Assembly: GCA_963735595.1 (NCBI GenBank)
Contig: CAVTLK010000004.1
Span: forward strand, 64,001 to 128,000
From: an uncultured delta proteobacterium
GTDB lineage: Bacteria; Desulfobacterota; Zymogenia; Zymogenales; Zymogenaceae
Direction of reading: 5' to 3'
DNA: 64,000 nucleotides
A program made the translations under genes and the position numbers. Below are positions 45,854-56,237 of the stretch, piece after piece. How positions within the stretch are numbered: the first letter of the stretch is position 1; every line of letters starts with the position of its first letter. The notes beneath the pieces are model-generated. The model did not search any database. It was not told the DNA's origin and was given only the letters and a program-made list of their open reading frames with translations.

Positions 45854-46988
45854 ATGACCGGATACGATATCGTTATCCTGTTTGTCCTGATCGTCCTTTT
45901 TATCAACATCATCGCCAACCGCATGGTTGTCAAGGACCCTATCGAGTCGGGGCGCCGGGATACGCTGCCGTCGGTCTCCGTGCTCATCCCCACCCGTAAC
46001 GAGGCCAAAAATGTCGGCGGCGTGCCTGAGGGGCGCGCTGACCCAGGATCATCCCCGGTACGAGGTTATCGTCGTGGACGACTCGTCGACGGACGCCACC
46101 GTGCAGATCGCCCAGAACATCGCGGCCAACAACCAGCGGCTGCGGGTTTTCCGCGGCAGGCCGGTCGCCCCCCACTGGTTCGGCAAGACCTACGCCCAGT
46201 ACCAGGCGGCGCAGGTATCGCGCGGCCAATACCTCCTGTTTCTGGACGCGGACGTGGTGCTCGACCGCAGGGCGCTCTCGTACTGGTCACCGCGGCCCAG
46301 AAGGCCGGCGCGGGGATCCTCTCTGTCCTCCCGCTCCAGGTGAAGGAGGGGTTCTGGGAAGGGCTGCTGGCTCCGTTCAAGTACTTCCACCTTCTTTTAT
46401 TCTTTCCGCTATACGCGATGGATTGGGCCTGGGAGGCGATGGCCGCCTACGCCAACGGCCAGTGCATGCTCGTCGAGCGCAAGGCCTACGTAAAGATCGG
46501 CGGCCACAGCAACGCCAGCGAGACGCTGCGGGAAGGCCCGGACATGGCACGGCTCCTCAAGCGCAAAGGGGGGAAGATCAGTGCTGCTGTCCGGCTCCGG
46601 GATCGCCCGGGCCAGGCTCTACGGCGGGCCGCCCGACCTCTGGGACGGGTTCACCCGCTTCCTCTATACCCTTGCCCACCACTCGGTCGTCGGGGCGATG
46701 CTCATGATCCTCGCCTACGCGCTGCTGTTCGTCATCCCGGTCATCAAGGTGGTGCTGGCGCTGGCCAGCGGCGCGACGGTCGGTTCGGTGGGGCTGCCGC
46801 TGGCCCAGGTCGGCCTGGGGATGATCATGTTCCTGACCGCGACCGGCCGCTACGGCCTGGCCTTTTCCGAGATGCTCTTCTTCCCGCTGGGCGCCGCCGT
46901 CTGGATCGGGATGATCGGAAAGGCCATCTCGGTTTCGATGGGCAAAAAGGGTGTGCCGTGGAAGGGAAGGACGATTCACCTGCCGTAA
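45854..46988 (+). CDS. Membrane glycosyltransferase family 2 (CrtQ/HpnB-like); frameshifted
   Basis: SVLIPTRNE, VVDDSSTDAT, WFGK, LLFLDADV, ANGQCMLV.R.AY.KIGGH, C-terminal TMs and V.WKGR. Confidence 0.82.
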
Positions 46989-47227
46989 GAAAGCGTCTCA
47001 CAGAAGTACGGTGACAGCCATAATCCGTCTCGATATCAGAACACGTTACGTCCTTATCGACCCGTGAAGGGACACGACTTGTCGTGTCCGTCTTTGCCTC
47101 ACGGACGGCATTGCTGCTTATCCTCTCCGACCCGACCCGTCGTCAGACACAGCGAATTGACACCCCTACAGGTACACCCGCGCTACCGATAGCATTATGG
47201 TTCGCTCCGGTTCTCTTTTCGTTTCGA

Positions 47228-48137
47228 CTATCTTAAATACTCCGCCAGCTTCTCGGCAATAGGCCCGATCACCCGCTGCACGCTCGCGTCCTCGACCATG
47301 ATCAGGTGGCAATCCTCATCTAACCACAGGATCTCCTTTTTCGGCGCTTTCACTTTTTCGTAGGCCAGCGCTTGATACTCTTTCGAGAAGAGCTTATCCC
47401 CCGCCGACGCGATCACCACCATGGGGCACGCGATGCTCCCGTCCGTTATCGGGGAGGTGTCGGTAAAAAATAGCGACTTCATGAAATGGAACGGGTAGGA
47501 CGTCAGGCCGATCGGGTCGGTGAAGACCTGCCGCTGGATATCCGTATCCGTCGTGATCCGGTTGATATCGAGGTAGGCCCCCAGCGGCATCTGAACCCGG
47601 GGTAACAGGGTGAACCCGGCGCGCATGAAGAGCCGTACCGGCCCGTAGATCGAGGCCAGGAACCGGGGAAAGATGGTGACGGATAGCGTCTCCGGCAGCG
47701 ACGGAAGGATGATATTCTGAGCGAAGGCCGCCTTCAGGCGATGGTCCGTCCCGGCCAACAGCCCCGCCAGGAGCCCCCCCTGGGACGAGCCGAGGACGCC
47801 GACGACCGCGTTGAATCGTTCGGTGCAGAAGGTCACGGCGTCCCGGGCGTTCTGGAGCATGTCGGAGATCGTGTAGAGCTTCTTTTCCCGCGGGCTCTTA
47901 CCGTGGGAGACCGAGTGGACGCCGACGATAGTAAATCCGCGCGCCGCGATACCGGAAAGGAACTCGTCATAGAGCAGCGGATGGGTCATCGTACCGGGCA
48001 GGAAGACGACGCACGGGGTCGGACTTCTTTGACTCGTAGATCGAGAGGGCTATCCGGGTTCCGGCGGATTCTATCAGCTCCTCCCGGTAGCCCGCGTAGC
48101 CGGAATTGTTCAGTATCTTCTGTTCAGTGTTTCTCAT
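47228..48137 (-). CDS. Alpha/beta hydrolase; frameshift near 48010
   Basis: HGKS, nucleophile GSSQGG, GDKLF (Asp), CH (His). Confidence 0.8.
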
Positions 48138-48165
48138 CGGTTCCTCCATTCTTCAGCAGTAGACA

Positions 48166-48184
48166 ATGACTGACTGTCAGTCGT
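48166..48184. promoter_or_regulatory. TetR-type operator, copy 2 (ATGACTGACtGTCAGTCGT)
   Basis: 18/19 identical to the palindrome upstream of tetR; ~30 nt upstream of the hydrolase start. Confidence 0.8.
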
Positions 48185-48214
48185 ACCATTAAAGAAAAAA
48201 GTATCACAACGCGA

Positions 48215-48818
48215 TCAGAAATCGTCCCCTCCCTCATCCCGAGGATGCGCGGTAGGGCGCTTTCCAACGCCGCTTTCATCCGCTCCCGGTGCCCCCGGTC
48301 CGAAAGGAGCGTCGGGTGGTCAAAGGAATAGGCCACGGCGGCAAGCACCAGCTCGCCCGGCCTCACGCGGGTGCGGCACGTCGAACGCACCGCTCCTGTT
48401 TTCCCTCCTCCACCAGCCGGGCCATGAGGGGGACCATGATGTCGATGGTGATCCTCTTCATTGTGTCGTGAATCAAGGCGTTGCCGGGGCGGTGGAGGCT
48501 CTCGATCAGTCCCTGCTTTTCGGTGATCGTGTCAAACGCCGCGCCGATGACCGCAGAAAGCTTCTCCGGCGCGGTGAGGTCCGCGCGGTCGTTGATATCG
48601 GAAATGACCCGCCCCACGTCATCGAGGCTTTTTATGATAATCGCGCCGAGGATGTCTTCCTTCGATTTAAAGTGGTAATAGAATGTCCCCTGCGCCACGC
48701 CGACGGCGCGGACGATGTCGCCGACGGCCGTGCTGTCGTACCCCTTTTCGAGGAACAGGCGCTCGGCCGCTTCGATAAGCTCGTCTTTTCTGGCTTCGGG
48801 GTCCTTTGAGATGCGCAT
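48215..48818 (-). CDS. TetR/AcrR family regulator; frameshift near 48390, end approximate
   Basis: RKDELIEAAERLF.EKGY..T.V.DI...VGVAQGTFYYHFKSKE. Confidence 0.92.
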
Positions 48819-48831
48819 GTTCACTATCCTT

Positions 48832-48880
48832 TATGACTGACTGTCAGTCATATTCTACTGTCTCACGGCTATCCTGTCAA
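48832..48880 (-). promoter_or_regulatory. tetR promoter TTGACA-N17-TAGAAT with an adjacent palindromic operator TATGACTGAC-t-GTCAGTCATA
   Basis: Perfect 10-bp arms at 48832-48852 abut the -10 hexamer at 48852-48857; -35 at 48875-48880. Confidence 0.85.
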
Positions 48881-48917
48881 GAAAAAAGGAGGGGGGGTAG
48901 GAGAATTAGCGGGAATT

Positions 48918-48993
48918 AAGGGGACGCCATACTTAATTAGCGAACTTACAGTGTCAGTATAGTATGAATAGTAATTAAGTATCGTGTCCCCTT
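48918..48993. repeat. Short AT-rich element bounded by 22-bp imperfect inverted repeats (MITE/REPIN-like)
   Basis: aaggggacgccatacttaatta ... taattaagtatcgtgtcccctt, 20/22 match, 32-nt spacer. Confidence 0.7.
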
Positions 48994-50417
48994 CAATTGC
49001 CTTCCCCATGCACCTCCCCCCTCGCCGCCGCAAACGCCTTAACCGATCGCTCGACGTCTTCCTCGGTGGTCGCCCACGAGCAGACGCTGATGCGGATGGC
49101 CGGTTCATCGTTCCATACGGTCCGGCCGCACCAGCACTCTCCGGACTGTTGAATCTGTTCGAGCGTCGTTTTTGTCTCGTCGGGCGTACCGCAGGCGACG
49201 AGCACCTGGTTGAAGACGACGTCGTTCAGGATATGGAATCCGTTAGCCTTGAGCCCGTCGGCAAACTGCGCCGCCCGGTCGCACAGCGTATCCACCAGCT
49301 CACCGACCCCGCTCCTGCCGAGCGCCTTCAGTGTCGCCCAGAGCTCGACTCCCCGCGCCCGGCGCGACATATCGGGCGTCGTGAGCATGCCGTCCCGCCT
49401 CTCGCCGTACTGGCCGTACAGAATGTACGAGCCGGTGGCCTGCATCGCGTCCACCAGCGCCTGCCGATTCCGGCACAGGACGATCCCGCAGTCATACGGG
49501 GCGTTGAGCGTCTTGTGGGCGTCGGCCGACCAGGAGTCGGCCTTCTCGATACCGCGCGCGAGACGCGCGTTTCGTTTCGGACGCGGCGGCCCACAGGCCG
49601 AAGGCGCCGTCCACGTGTACCCACGCGCCGGCGCGACGCGCAACTTGTCGCATATCTCGTCGATCGGGTCAAAAGCGCCGGAATTGACGTTTCCTGCTTG
49701 CGTGATAACGAGCGTCCGGTCATCGAGGGAGGGCATCTCAGCGGCGATCATCCTGCCCTGTCCGTCGACCGCGACGCGCTCGACCCGCTCGTTGCCGAGG
49801 CCGAATAGCGCCAGGGCCTTGAATACCGTCGCATGGGCCTGCTCGGCCGAGGACGACCCTGATCTTCGGCGCGCCGAAGAGCCCCTGTTTATTCGACGTC
49901 CCAGCCCGCACGTTTAAGCAGCGTCGTTTCTGCCGGCAACAATCCCGGCAAGTGTCGCGACGGACGTCCCGCCGACCAGTCCCATGACGGTGCCTTCGGG
50001 AAGCCCGAAGAGATCCACGAGCCACCGCTCGGAGATCGCCTCGAGCTGCGCGGCGATGGGCGACATCACGTAAAGCCCGGCGTTCTGGTCCCACGCATCG
50101 GAAAGCCACTTTGAGGCCACCGCCGCCGGGATCGCCGCCCCGTTCACGAACCCGAAGTACCTGCCGCCGGTGGTCGCGACCGTCGCCGGAGAGCCGTACG
50201 TGGCAAGGAGGCGGACGATTTCGGCGGCGTCGCACGGGACGTCCTGAAGCGCTTCGTCGAAGACCGAAAGCCCCTCGATCGCGCCCCCGGCGGGCGTGAC
50301 CGGGCGCTCGCGCACGCCCTCCATGTATTCGATAGCACACGCCGCCGCCTGCTCGAATAAGGCCTTATCCGCCGATTGGGAAAAGAGGTGTTGTTGGAGG
50401 GTGGGATTTTTGACCAT
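48993..50417 (-). CDS. Group II PLP-dependent decarboxylase; several frameshifts
   Basis: GRYFGFVNG, AWDQNA, AGNVNSGAFDP, SWSADAHKTLNAPYDCG, MSRRARG. Confidence 0.88.
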
Positions 50418-50475
50418 ATGATACAGTCGTCCTTTCTCTTATTGGATTTGTGGCGATGGGGTGGGATTGTCGGGT

Positions 50476-50823
50476 CTAAGGAGCCGTGTCGTCCAGTTCC
50501 GAAAGAATACTTTCAGCCGCCGCCCGCAACGCCGGCAGATCACGCTCTATTATCTCCCGGATTCTGCTAAGATTGAGCCCCAGATAGTCATGGACAAGCA
50601 CGTTACGGAAGCCCGAAATGAATCGCCAGGGCACCTCAGGGCAGGATTCCTTCAATTTTGAGGATAGGCGTTGCGTGGACTCGGCCAGCTCCTGGAGTTC
50701 CCGCAATACGGCTTTTTGCGTCTTTCGATCCTGTAGGAAAAATTCGCTCCCTGATAGGGTGTATTCCTCTACAGCCCGTATACACTCCAGAATGTGTTTG
50801 AGATAGACCCGGTCATCCCTCAT
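50476..50823 (-). CDS. hepT: HEPN-domain RNase toxin (DUF86, HepT-like)
   Basis: MRDDRVYLKHILE...PWRFISGFRNVLVHDY (R-X4-H-X-Y). Confidence 0.88.
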   Translation of the reverse strand: MRDDRVYLKHILECIRAVEEYTLSGSEFFLQDRKTQKAVLRELQELAESTQRLSSKLKESCPEVPWRFISGFRNVLVHDYLGLNLSRIREIIERDLPALRAAAESILSELDDTAP

Positions 50824-51110
50824 AGGGGAACGGCCTCCTTGAGGACCACCTCCCTGAGTTCCTTATTGAGGGCTTCGGTCTCAACGACGTCAACACGGCA
50901 ACCTAACAGGTCCTCAAGCTCCGCCACAAGCCCTCCGGGAAACCACGGCGTCGTTTGACCGGTTACATCTATGAGAAGATCTATATCACTCGCATCCGAA
51001 GCCTCACCCCGTATGACAGACCCGAACACCCTCACCTTCCCGACACCGTGCTTCTTGGCAATGCGAATGATCTCTTCTCGTTTCCCAAAGATATCGTGCC
51101 TTGCCTTCAC
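50820..51110 (-). CDS. mntA: Minimal nucleotidyltransferase antitoxin (MntA-like)
   Basis: FGSVIRGEASDASDIDLL (GS-X10-DXD), LGCRVDVV; 4-nt overlap with the HEPN gene. Confidence 0.88.
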   Translation of the reverse strand: MKARHDIFGKREEIIRIAKKHGVGKVRVFGSVIRGEASDASDIDLLIDVTGQTTPWFPGGLVAELEDLLGCRVDVVETEALNKELREVVLKEAVPL

Positions 51111-51191
51111 TTTTTCCTCCGCGTTCGACGCCCGGATGTCTACTGTTGGCTCGCCTTAAATAACTCGAATGCGGTAGTTACGCCGTCCTGC

Positions 51192-51841
51192 TTACTTGAT
51201 CGGCACGGCTTTGATCACCGGCTTTCCGTCCTTGACCTCAATCGTGAAGTCCACCCGGGAGGCCTTGAACTTCTTTTTGATGGCCTCTGCTTCCTTCTTC
51301 AGGCTCCACTCGAGGGCGTTATAACTGATGTTGTCGGTCGGCTCGCCGAGCCTCTTTTTTGCCGCCACCAGGCTTTTATAGACCGATTCGTATTCGCCGG
51401 TACCGGCGGCGGCTCCCTTGCCGGGGGCTGCGGGCTTGGACGGCGGGGGCTGCCCCGGCCCGGCGGTTTCGGTTCCCGGACCTGCGGGTTTTGCGGCCGC
51501 CGGACGCGCCCCGGTACCCTGCGGTGGAGCGGCCACTCCCCGCTCTTGTCCTTGAGGCGCATCCTGAAGATATCGCGCTGGTAGGTTCCGTCCTCGATCT
51601 GTTTGAGGATGCGGTTCCAGTGCTGGGTAAGGGTGTTGAACTGGGCGATGATCGAATCCCGCTTGAACTTGAGGCCCGTGTTGGTGATGTGAAAGGTGCC
51701 GACCTTGCGTACCATCCGCTGGACCTCGTCGCGAAGCCTCGCCGGTTCGATCTTCTCCACCCCGGCGAAGTACTTTTCGTAGGCTACCCTGAGCTCGCTC
51801 AGCCTCGCCTCGAGCAGCTGAATTTCTTCCATTTCGCCCAT
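51192..51841 (-). CDS. MXAN_5187 C-terminal-domain-like protein; frameshifted
   Basis: LRVAYEKYFAG...W.R.LKQIEDG N-terminal part, Pro/Ala linker, then Y..AK..LGE...V.F.IEVKDGKPVIKAVP. Confidence 0.7.
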
Positions 51842-52056
51842 GGAGATAATTATAGCAGACGGTATGTCGGTGTAAAGGTTTATTGTGCGGAGCGGCCGAA
51901 CCTGCCGACCGGGGGAAAACACGGGGCAATGGGACTGCCGGCCCGGTTTAACCTTCGTGTCGTGGAATGCCGAAGTCCTCTGTCGTTTTGTCTACCTTTT
52001 TCGTTGAAATCGCCACTAAGGTCTGATACTGTACTATCCAGCCGGGAGGAATCGGT

Positions 52057-52518
52057 ATGGAACCCACCATCCTTAAGGGTATCTATCTCTTTGAAGACCT
52101 GACCGAAGAGGAGCTTGCAAAGGTATCCCAGATACTCGTCAAAGAATCATATCCCGAGGGCACCTTCCTTTTTCGCGAGGGTGACAAGGGCGACAAGTTC
52201 TACGTGATCATCAAAGGCGCGGTGCGTATCTCCCAGGCGATCAGCGGCACCGGCGAAGAGGCGCTCACCATCCTGGGCAAGGGAGACTATTTCGGGGAGA
52301 TGGCCCTCATCGATGAGTCGCCACGGTCCGCCGACGTAATCATACACGAGAACTCCGAGCTGCTGGTCATCTCGAAAAAGGACTTCGACGATCTCCTCTT
52401 TTTCAACAAGGAGATCGCCTATAAAATGCTCTGGGCCTTCGTGCGAACGCTTTCGCGCCGCCTTCGAGAGACGAACGACAAGATCAAAGCCTTCCTGCAC
52501 ATGGCCGGCAATTTCTAA
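52057..52518 (+). CDS. Stand-alone cyclic-nucleotide-binding domain protein
   Basis: FREGDKGDKFYVI.KG.V, GDYFGEMALIDESPRSA; no HTH. Confidence 0.88.
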   Translation: MEPTILKGIYLFEDLTEEELAKVSQILVKESYPEGTFLFREGDKGDKFYVIIKGAVRISQAISGTGEEALTILGKGDYFGEMALIDESPRSADVIIHENSELLVISKKDFDDLLFFNKEIAYKMLWAFVRTLSRRLRETNDKIKAFLHMAGNF

Positions 52519-52528
52519 TCGTAAGCCT

Positions 52529-54054
52529 ATGCTGTCTCTTATCAAAAGCAGCGCCGTCATGGGTATAGACGCCTACGTCGTCGACGTGGAGGTGGACCTC
52601 GCGCTGGGGCTTCCCCAGTTCAACACCGTTGGCCTGCCCGACGCCGCGGTAAAGGAAAGCAAGGAGCGGGTCCGGGCCGCGGTAAAAAACTCCGGTTTTG
52701 ATTTTCCCTCCCGCCGGATTACCGTGAACCTGGCACCGGCCGATATCAAGAAGGAGGGCTCGGCCTTTGACCTGCCGATTGCCGTTGCGATTCTGGCGGC
52801 CTCAAACCTCGTCCCCAGAAAAACCCTGTCCCAATACGTGATGGTGGGGGAGCTCTCATTGGACGGAAGGCTCAAGCCCGTCCGCGGCGTGCTCCCGATG
52901 GCCGTGGCGGCCCGTGAAAAAGGATTTGACCGCCGTTCTCGTGCCCGATGAAAACGCGGCGGAGGCGGCCGTGGTGGACGGAATCGACGTGCTCCCGCTC
53001 ACCTCGCTCGCACAGGCCGTTTCCTTTCCTTCGTGGCGAATCAGACATCCCCCCCCGCCAGGTAGACCGCCAGGCGATCTTCCTTTCCCACAAAAACTAC
53101 GACGTTGACTTTATCGACGTGCGGGGGCAAAGCCATGCCAAGCGGGCCCTCGAGGTGGCCTCGGCCGGCGGCCATAACCTCATCATGGTGGGTCCTCCCG
53201 GCTCCGGCAAGACCATGCTTGCCCAGCGCATCGTTACGATACTCCCGGAGATGAGCTTTGAGGAGGCCATCGAGACCACGAAGATACACTCGGTTGCCGG
53301 TAAAATGGACGGCAAACCCCTGGTGGCCGTCAGGCCCTTCCGCGCCCCTCACCACACGATCTCGGACGCGGGGCTCATCGGCGGGGGAACGATCCCGAAC
53401 CCCGGCGAGGTGAGCCTGGCGCACAACGGGGTGTTGTTCATGGACGAGATGCCCGAATTCAAGAAGAACGCCCTGGAGGTGCTCCGCCAGCCCCTCGAAG
53501 ACGGCAGGGTCACCATATCCCGGGCGCTGATGAGCATCACCTACCCCTCCCGGTTCATGCTGGTGGCGGCCATGAACCCCTGTCCCTGCGGTTACCTCGG
53601 TGATCAGAACAAGCCGTGCACCTGCGGGCAGCTGGAGATCCGCCGTTACCGCTCGCGGATATCCGGGCCTCTGATGGACCGGATTGACATCCACATCGAG
53701 GTCCCCGCCCTGAAGTACAAGGAGCTGACCGAGCGGCCCTCCGAAAACTCCCAGGCGGTCCGCGAGCGCGTCAACCGGGCCAGGGTCATCCAGTTCGAGC
53801 GGTTTACCGGCCGCCCCTACTTCTTCAACGCCCGGATGCCCAACCGCGACCTCGAGCGCTTCGCCCCTCTGTCCGAGGAGTGCGGCAAATTCCTCGAACG
53901 GGTGATGCAGACGCTCAAGCTCTCGGCCCGGGCCTATTCGCGCATCATCAAGGTCTCCCGCACGATCGCGGATCTCGCGGGCGAAGCGGATATCACCACG
54001 AGCCACCTGGCTGAGGCCGTCCAGTACCGGAGCCTCGACCGGGACGCGATGTAG
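52529..54054 (+). CDS. comM: YifB/ComM Mg-chelatase-like AAA+ ATPase; frameshifts near 52920-53030
   Basis: [71 protein letters not shown]. Confidence 0.92.
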
Positions 54055-54187
54055 GGACGATAGTCCGATGTTTCGGCGAGGCCTCCGGCAACGGGGACCG
54101 TTTCCGGGGAGGTGCGTCTCTTGCCGCGGCGGCCGTTACCGCCTGACATTCTCACGCCGTTTTATCGTGATTCCCCCGAACAATCTA

Positions 54188-54215
54188 TTGACGGACAGCA
54201 CGCGTATGGTAAACT
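54188..54215 (+). promoter_or_regulatory. Sigma70 promoter TTGACG-N16-(TG)TAAACT upstream of bfr
   Basis: Near-consensus hexamers with an extended -10. Confidence 0.55.
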
Positions 54216-54288
54216 AATAAGACTTCAACGAGTATGCCGCTATTTCGTTGTTCTGGTCTTACACCAAACCGTATAGAGGAGTATACCC

Positions 54289-54756
54289 ATGAAAGGAAAC
54301 GACAAGGTTATCGAGACGTTGAACGCCCGCCTGGCCGAAGAGTTGACCGCGATCAATCAATACATGGTTCATGCCGAAATGTGCGACAACTGGAGCTATA
54401 AGAAGCTGGACGAGGCTATCGAGAAGCGCGCCATTACCGAGATGAAGCACGCCGAAAAGCTGATCGCCCGCATCCTATTCTTAGGGGGTGTCCCCGTAGT
54501 CAGCAACCTGAATAAGGTATTTATCGGCGCCGACGTACCCAAGATGCACGCGAGCGACTACACCGCCGAAGAAACGGCCGTAAAGAGCTACAATGACAGC
54601 ATCCGGCTGGCCGCGGATCTTGGCGATAACGGCACCCGTGACCTGCTCCAATCGATCCTGAACGACGAAGAGCAGCACCTGGACTGGATAGAGGCCCAGC
54701 TTGACCAGATCAAGCAGATGGGAATACAGATCTACCTCACCGAGCAGATCGGCTGA
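54289..54756 (+). CDS. bfr: Bacterioferritin
   Basis: MKG..KVI..LN..LAEELTAINQY..H, EMKHA (haem Met and ferroxidase ligands), EEQH.DW. Confidence 0.95.
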   Translation: MKGNDKVIETLNARLAEELTAINQYMVHAEMCDNWSYKKLDEAIEKRAITEMKHAEKLIARILFLGGVPVVSNLNKVFIGADVPKMHASDYTAEETAVKSYNDSIRLAADLGDNGTRDLLQSILNDEEQHLDWIEAQLDQIKQMGIQIYLTEQIG

Positions 54757-55042
54757 ACAAGCGCTCCCCTGAACGTCCGGGGTAATCTTCATGACCGGCC
54801 CGAACCGTCTCGGTATTGCGCCGTTGGCGGGGACGAGCTTGTTCCATCCCGACCGGGGGATGGTCGGGATTACCGTCCGTCTCGGACGCCTCCGCGCGAA
54901 CCCGACTCCCCCGGCAACGCCCCCGGTGAGGCGATCGGGTCGCCCGGTTTCACCGCATAAACAGCAGACACATCCGGAAGGCTCTCGCACACCGGAACAT
55001 TTCCAATAGGCTCGAAATACTAGATTCGCAAGGAGCGCAAAG

Positions 55043-56188
55043 ATGGCAGTTGACGAAAAGAATATGATGGAAGTAACCCTGCACGATCCCGAGACGGGCA
55101 TCAAGGCGTTCATCGTGGTGCACCGGCTTGTCGGGGGGATATGCGGCGGCGGCGTGAGGATGAGTTCGAACGTAACGTGCGCCGAGGTTGCCCAGCTGGC
55201 GCGGACGATGACCTATAAATTTGCCGCCATGGGCGTTCAGGTCGGAGGGGCCAAGTCGGGCATCGTCTATGATCCCCGCTCACCAGGGAAGAAAGAGGCC
55301 GACGCCGTCTTCGGCAGGATGGCGATGCCGCTCTTGTCCACCGTCTACATGATCGGCGAAGACATGGGCACCAATGCCGAGGACGTTTCGATCATCTACA
55401 ATACCGCGGGCGTCGACCCCATCGAGATGGCCAGGAAAAAGGCAAAGGAGCGCGGTATTACATTGAACCTCCCGGAGAACGTGGAGCTGTCCAAACTCGG
55501 CGGGGAGAGCTTCGAGGAGATCATCACCGGATACGGGATAGCGGAGGCCGCCGATGAGGCCGCTCACCTCCTTTCGCTCGAGCTTACCGGCGCCACCGTG
55601 GCCGTCCAGGGCTTCGGCACCGTCGGCAGCATCACCGCCAGGAACCTCGCCCGCCGGGGCGCCAGGGTCATCGCCGTTACCGACATCGAGGGGACGATCA
55701 GCAACAACGACGGCCTGGACGTGGAAAAACTGATCGCCGCAAAAGACCAGCACGGGACAATCGACCGCTCGAAGCTCGATTTCCCCTTCACAAAGGGAGG
55801 CGGGGAAGGGTGGCTTACGGCCGGCGCCCAGATCGTCGTTCCGGCGGCCGTGGCCGGCGCCATCAACGAGAAGAACGTGAAAACGGTGACCGCAAAGCTG
55901 ATCCTCGAAGGCGCCAACATCCCGATTACGCCGGGTGCCCAGGAGGTGCTGACCAAAAAGGGGACGCCGATCATCCCGGACTTCATCGCCAACGCCGGGG
56001 CAGCGGCCGGTTTCGGCCTCGTGCTGACCGGCCAGTGCCCGGTGGAGAAGGTCTTTGAGGAATTTTCCCGGCGGATCAGGGACGGGGTCCGCTACTCGGT
56101 CCTGGAAAGCAAGAAGAGCAGTATCACTACGCGGCAGGCTGCCGTTAACCTGGCAAACAAGAACCTCGAGGCGTGGGGAATAAAGTAG
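55043..56188 (+). CDS. Glu/Leu/Phe/Val dehydrogenase family protein
   Basis: MTYKFA, GGAKSG, EDMGT, VQGFGTVG, EGAN, PDFIANAG. Confidence 0.88.
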   Translation: MAVDEKNMMEVTLHDPETGIKAFIVVHRLVGGICGGGVRMSSNVTCAEVAQLARTMTYKFAAMGVQVGGAKSGIVYDPRSPGKKEADAVFGRMAMPLLSTVYMIGEDMGTNAEDVSIIYNTAGVDPIEMARKKAKERGITLNLPENVELSKLGGESFEEIITGYGIAEAADEAAHLLSLELTGATVAVQGFGTVGSITARNLARRGARVIAVTDIEGTISNNDGLDVEKLIAAKDQHGTIDRSKLDFPFTKGGGEGWLTAGAQIVVPAAVAGAINEKNVKTVTAKLILEGANIPITPGAQEVLTKKGTPIIPDFIANAGAAAGFGLVLTGQCPVEKVFEEFSRRIRDGVRYSVLESKKSSITTRQAAVNLANKNLEAWGIK

Positions 56189-56237
56189 CGGGCTTCTCAG
56201 ATAACCCAAGGCCCAAGTATATATAGGGAGAAATTCC

